Positions 60,735 to 64,000 of a stretch of DNA of 64,000 nt are shown in pieces. How positions within the stretch are numbered: the first letter of the stretch is position 1; every line of letters begins with the position of its first letter. The stretch covers positions 31,622 to 95,621 of the forward strand of contig NZ_CALGNH010000025.1 in the NCBI RefSeq assembly GCF_937958655.1. Direction: 5' to 3'. Source of the DNA: an uncultured Winogradskyella sp. Lineage in GTDB: Bacteria; Bacteroidota; Bacteroidia; Flavobacteriales; Flavobacteriaceae. A program made the translations under genes and the position numbers. Under the pieces are notes generated by a model. It did no database searches, had not been told where the DNA came from, and saw nothing but the letters and a program-made list of their open reading frames with translations.

Positions 60735-62015
60735 ATGATAAAGCATCTGTTTGTTGTTCTCTTATTTAGTTTGGCAACAAATGTCGGTGCTCAAAATCCT
60801 GTTAAAAAAAACAAAGATTCATCTAACGTCGCTCAAGACTCCATAAAGAAAGCTAACTTTTTAAAACAAATAGGTAATGGCTTTTTTCCATTTAATTACT
60901 TTGACGCAGATTTGCGTTATCTCGTTAAGTTTAATCAATTTGAAGGCCTAAGGACAGGTTTAGGTGGTGTAACGAATAGAAAATTTTCAGAGCGCTATAG
61001 AGTTAATGGCTATTTGGTTTATGGTTTTAAAGATAAGCGGTCTAAATTTAGCATCGGTGGAGGATTTAGAGTTAATAAAAACGCTAACACATGGGTAAAT
61101 GTATCCTATACTGACGATCTTAAAGAAACCGGTAGCTCTAAATTTTTAACCGACCAGCGTTTTTTCTCTTTTTTTGAACCTAGACTTATTAACATAGACT
61201 TGTTTCATAGGCATATTACCAAATCTATAGGTTTACAGCATAAAATTTCTAACCACTTACTATCAGAAACACAATTATCAGTAAGTAAAATAAACCCAAC
61301 CTATAACTATAACTTCGTTTTAGGAAATAATACGTTTAATACGTTTGACCTTAGTACCGCTAAGATAAGTTTACAATGGAGTCCATTTAGTAAATTTGAA
61401 CTTAACGAAACTAGGGTAGTTGAAACTAAAAATGCGTATCCAAAATTTACAATGCAGCTTACGCAAGGATTTAGATCTGTATTTGGAAGTGATTTTAATT
61501 TTTCAAAATTAGATTTTAGAACCATTCATCAATTCAATCATAAAAATGAATCAACCACTAATATTACATTAGTTGCTGGTATTGCTAGTGGCGAGGTTCC
61601 TCTTACTAACCTTTACCATGCGTATCCTAATAATATTAATAAAGAAACGATACTACAACGATTTTCGGTAGCGGGTTTAAACAGCTTTGAAACCATGTAC
61701 TTTAATGAGTTTTTTAGCGATAAGTTCACAACACTACAATTAAAACATTTTTTAAGACCATTTAAAATTTCAGATCAATTTAGGCCGCAGTTAGTATTAA
61801 TATCGCGTTATGCTTTGGGTAATATGAGAAGTATTGACAGACACCAAGGCATAGATTTTAATACTTTAAATCATCTGTATTCAGAATCTGGTTTTGAAAT
61901 CAATAAACTACTTTTTGGTTTTGGTCTTAGTTTTGCGTATCGCTATGGTGGTTATAACTTACCACGATTTGAAGATAATTTTGCTTTTAAGTTTACTTTT
62001 AATATTTCTCTATAG
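60735..62015 (+). CDS. Secreted hypothetical protein, probable outer-membrane beta-barrel
   Basis: Signal peptide ..ATNVGAQ. 426 aa, rich in short amphipathic beta-strands and aromatic residues. I recognise no family. Confidence 0.35.
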   Translation: MIKHLFVVLLFSLATNVGAQNPVKKNKDSSNVAQDSIKKANFLKQIGNGFFPFNYFDADLRYLVKFNQFEGLRTGLGGVTNRKFSERYRVNGYLVYGFKDKRSKFSIGGGFRVNKNANTWVNVSYTDDLKETGSSKFLTDQRFFSFFEPRLINIDLFHRHITKSIGLQHKISNHLLSETQLSVSKINPTYNYNFVLGNNTFNTFDLSTAKISLQWSPFSKFELNETRVVETKNAYPKFTMQLTQGFRSVFGSDFNFSKLDFRTIHQFNHKNESTTNITLVAGIASGEVPLTNLYHAYPNNINKETILQRFSVAGLNSFETMYFNEFFSDKFTTLQLKHFLRPFKISDQFRPQLVLISRYALGNMRSIDRHQGIDFNTLNHLYSESGFEINKLLFGFGLSFAYRYGGYNLPRFEDNFAFKFTFNISL

Positions 62016-62158
62016 GAAGAATTATATTCCACTTATTTCCTTAGCAAATACATAGGTTTTCCATACCTTTGCCGCTCATTTCTTGAAAAACGAAATAGAA
62101 TTAAAATATTGATTTCAATGACGATTTTAAGAAGGGTTTCTAAGGCAACTATTTTGTA

Positions 62159-64000
62159 ATGTTTAAATTATTTACTACAGGCTTTTGGGAAGGACTTGCG
62201 CGACTAATTTTGCGCAATAAAATTTTCATTTTATTAGCTATTATTATAGCGACTGTATTTTTTAGTATGCAGTGGAAACACATGCGCTTTACATACACTG
62301 AAGCAAATTTACTACCTGATGCGCATGAAGTAAATCTTACCTATAAAGACTTTCTTAAAATATTTGGCGAGGAAGGTAACCTAATAGTCCTTGGTGTTAA
62401 AGATAAAGAAGTCTTCTCGGTAGAAAAGCTAAATGCATGGAACAGACTATCAGATGCCTTTCGTCAATATAATGAAGTAGAAACCGTACTTTCTATAAAA
62501 GACCTTCAAAAGCTTGTTAAAAATACAGATAAAGGGCAATTTGATTTAGAGCCTTTTATTAAAGACTCTATAGCAACTTTAGAGCAAATAAAAACACTAC
62601 AAAAAGAGTTATTTAAACAATATCCATTTTACGATAATTTCTTATTTAATGCTAAAACTAAAACTTTAAGGACTGCCATATATCTCAAAAAAGACATTGT
62701 TAATACTTCGGTAAGAAAGGATTTTATAATTAATATCTTAGAAAAGAAAATTGAGACTTTTGAAAATGAATATCAACTTGATATTAAAGTTTCAGGCATG
62801 CCCTATATTAGGACATTAAACTCTCAAAATATAGTAGATGAAATTCCAATTTTTATTGGTGCCGCATTATTTATTACATCCTTTATCTTCTTTTTATTTT
62901 TTAGATCTTTTAGAGCCACTTTTATATCATTAATAGTAGTTTGCATAGGTGTTATGTGGACCTTTGGCATACTGGGATTACTAGGCTATGAAATTACTGT
63001 ACTAACAGCTTTAATACCACCGCTGATTATAGTCATTGGTATTCCTAATTGTATTTTCCTTATAAACAAATATCAGCACGAGGTTAAATCGCATGGTAAC
63101 AAGGTTAAATCTCTACAAAGAGTCATCACCAAAGTTGGTAATGCTACTTTAATGACCAATGTTACTACCGCCTCTGGTTTTGCAACTTTTATTTTAACCG
63201 AAAGCAAGCTCCTTAAAGAATTTGGCATTGTAGCATCGCTCAGTATCCTTGCTATTTTTATACTCTGTTTATTAGTTATACCCATAATATATACGTTTTT
63301 ACCATTTCCAAAAGATAGGCATTTAGAACATCTCAATAAACGTTGGATTGGTGGCTTTGTAGATTGGATGGAGCGTATGGTAAAACACCGAAAAATCACC
63401 ATTTATGTTACGTCCTTAATACTCATTATTTGCAGTATGATTGGTATTTACCAAATAAAAATTTCGGGAAGTCTTATAGAAGACATGCCAAAAGACAAAC
63501 AGTTTTTTAAAGATATTCGGTTTTTTGAAGCAGAATTTAATGGTATTATGCCATTAGAAATTATGGTAGATACCAAACGTAAAAAAGGAGTTATGAAGCT
63601 GTCTACTTTAAAGCGCATTAATCAGCTAGAAGAACTTATAGACGAAACGCCAGAGTTATCTAGACCCATATCTGTGGTGAGCTTAGTTAAATATAGCAAA
63701 CAAGCCTATTATAATGGCAATCCTAAATATTACCAACTACCAACAAGCCAAGAAAATAGCTTCATTTTGTCCTACGCTAAAAATTCATCTAGCAACATAG
63801 ATTTATTGAAAAACTTTGTAGATAGTACTGGCCAATATGCTAGGATTACCACCTTTATGAAGGATATCGGAACCGACAAGATGGAGCGTATTCAAGAAAA
63901 TCTTCAGAATAAAATAGATAAAGTATTTCCTAAAGAACGTTACGAAGTTACAATGACTGGTAAGGCCTTAGTATTTCAGAAAGGAACAAAATATTTAGTG
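62159..64000 (+). CDS. RND-superfamily (MMPL/COG1033-like) exporter, 3' end outside the window
   Basis: Not in the ORF track because no stop is reached. I translated by hand from the ATG at 62159 (MFKLFTTGFWEGLARLILRNKIFILLAIIIATVFFS...). The frame stays open for 614 codons to base 64000. It has a TM1 / large loop / TM cluster layout, with ..LIPPLIIVIGIPNCIFLINKY..TNVTTASGFATF... Confidence 0.75.
   Translation, partial: MFKLFTTGFWEGLARLILRNKIFILLAIIIATVFFSMQWKHMRFTYTEANLLPDAHEVNLTYKDFLKIFGEEGNLIVLGVKDKEVFSVEKLNAWNRLSDAFRQYNEVETVLSIKDLQKLVKNTDKGQFDLEPFIKDSIATLEQIKTLQKELFKQYPFYDNFLFNAKTKTLRTAIYLKKDIVNTSVRKDFIINILEKKIETFENEYQLDIKVSGMPYIRTLNSQNIVDEIPIFIGAALFITSFIFFLFFRSFRATFISLIVVCIGVMWTFGILGLLGYEITVLTALIPPLIIVIGIPNCIFLINKYQHEVKSHGNKVKSLQRVITKVGNATLMTNVTTASGFATFILTESKLLKEFGIVASLSILAIFILCLLVIPIIYTFLPFPKDRHLEHLNKRWIGGFVDWMERMVKHRKITIYVTSLILIICSMIGIYQIKISGSLIEDMPKDKQFFKDIRFFEAEFNGIMPLEIMVDTKRKKGVMKLSTLKRINQLEELIDETPELSRPISVVSLVKYSKQAYYNGNPKYYQLPTSQENSFILSYAKNSSSNIDLLKNFVDSTGQYARITTFMKDIGTDKMERIQENLQNKIDKVFPKERYEVTMTGKALVFQKGTKYLV

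Noticed and set aside
63073-63402. 109-aa minus-strand ORF, the only track entry in the last 2 kb
   Set aside because: It lies antisense to the 614-codon open RND-type frame that the track omitted because it has no stop in the window.

Overview
The window looks like a low-GC Bacteroidota (Flavobacteriia-like) chromosomal segment. Support: a T9SS-type C-terminal sorting domain, TAnnTTTG-type promoter boxes, BlaR1-TonB-type sensors and lipoprotein GH13 amylases. It is densely coding and mostly core. At the right end sits a conserved translation cluster (polA, tsaC/sua5, rplM-rpsI, rpsB-tsf, pyrH, frr). In the middle are ruvC-hemW and envelope genes. At 17.1-23.8 kb is a starch/maltose operon (pgmB, a GH65 phosphorylase, two GH13 enzymes). 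At 7.2-13.2 kb is a near-gapless six-gene operon joining SelO to EgtB/EgtD (ergothioneine) and an alpha/beta-hydrolase-OsmC fusion. Other content: two separate BlaI/BlaR1-type modules with different operator dyads, a TPR sensor kinase plus LuxR regulator preceded by a 56-aa secreted peptide gene absent from the ORF track, one tRNA-Leu(TAG), a decayed molybdenum-cofactor locus (moeA remnant), and many short REP/MITE-like hairpin repeats. Copies of these repeats appear to sit in frame inside hemW and possibly inside the polA linker. Two genes run off the window edges: the Kelch/T9SS protein at the 5' edge, and an RND/MMPL transporter at the 3' edge that is missing from the ORF track. I found no CRISPR array, rRNA, integrase or transposase, and no classical defence island. 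The most speculative candidate system is a convergent pair: an HD phosphohydrolase fused to a Pycsar-effector-like membrane module, next to a 792-aa GAF protein. All family names come from motif recognition by eye. No database search was run.
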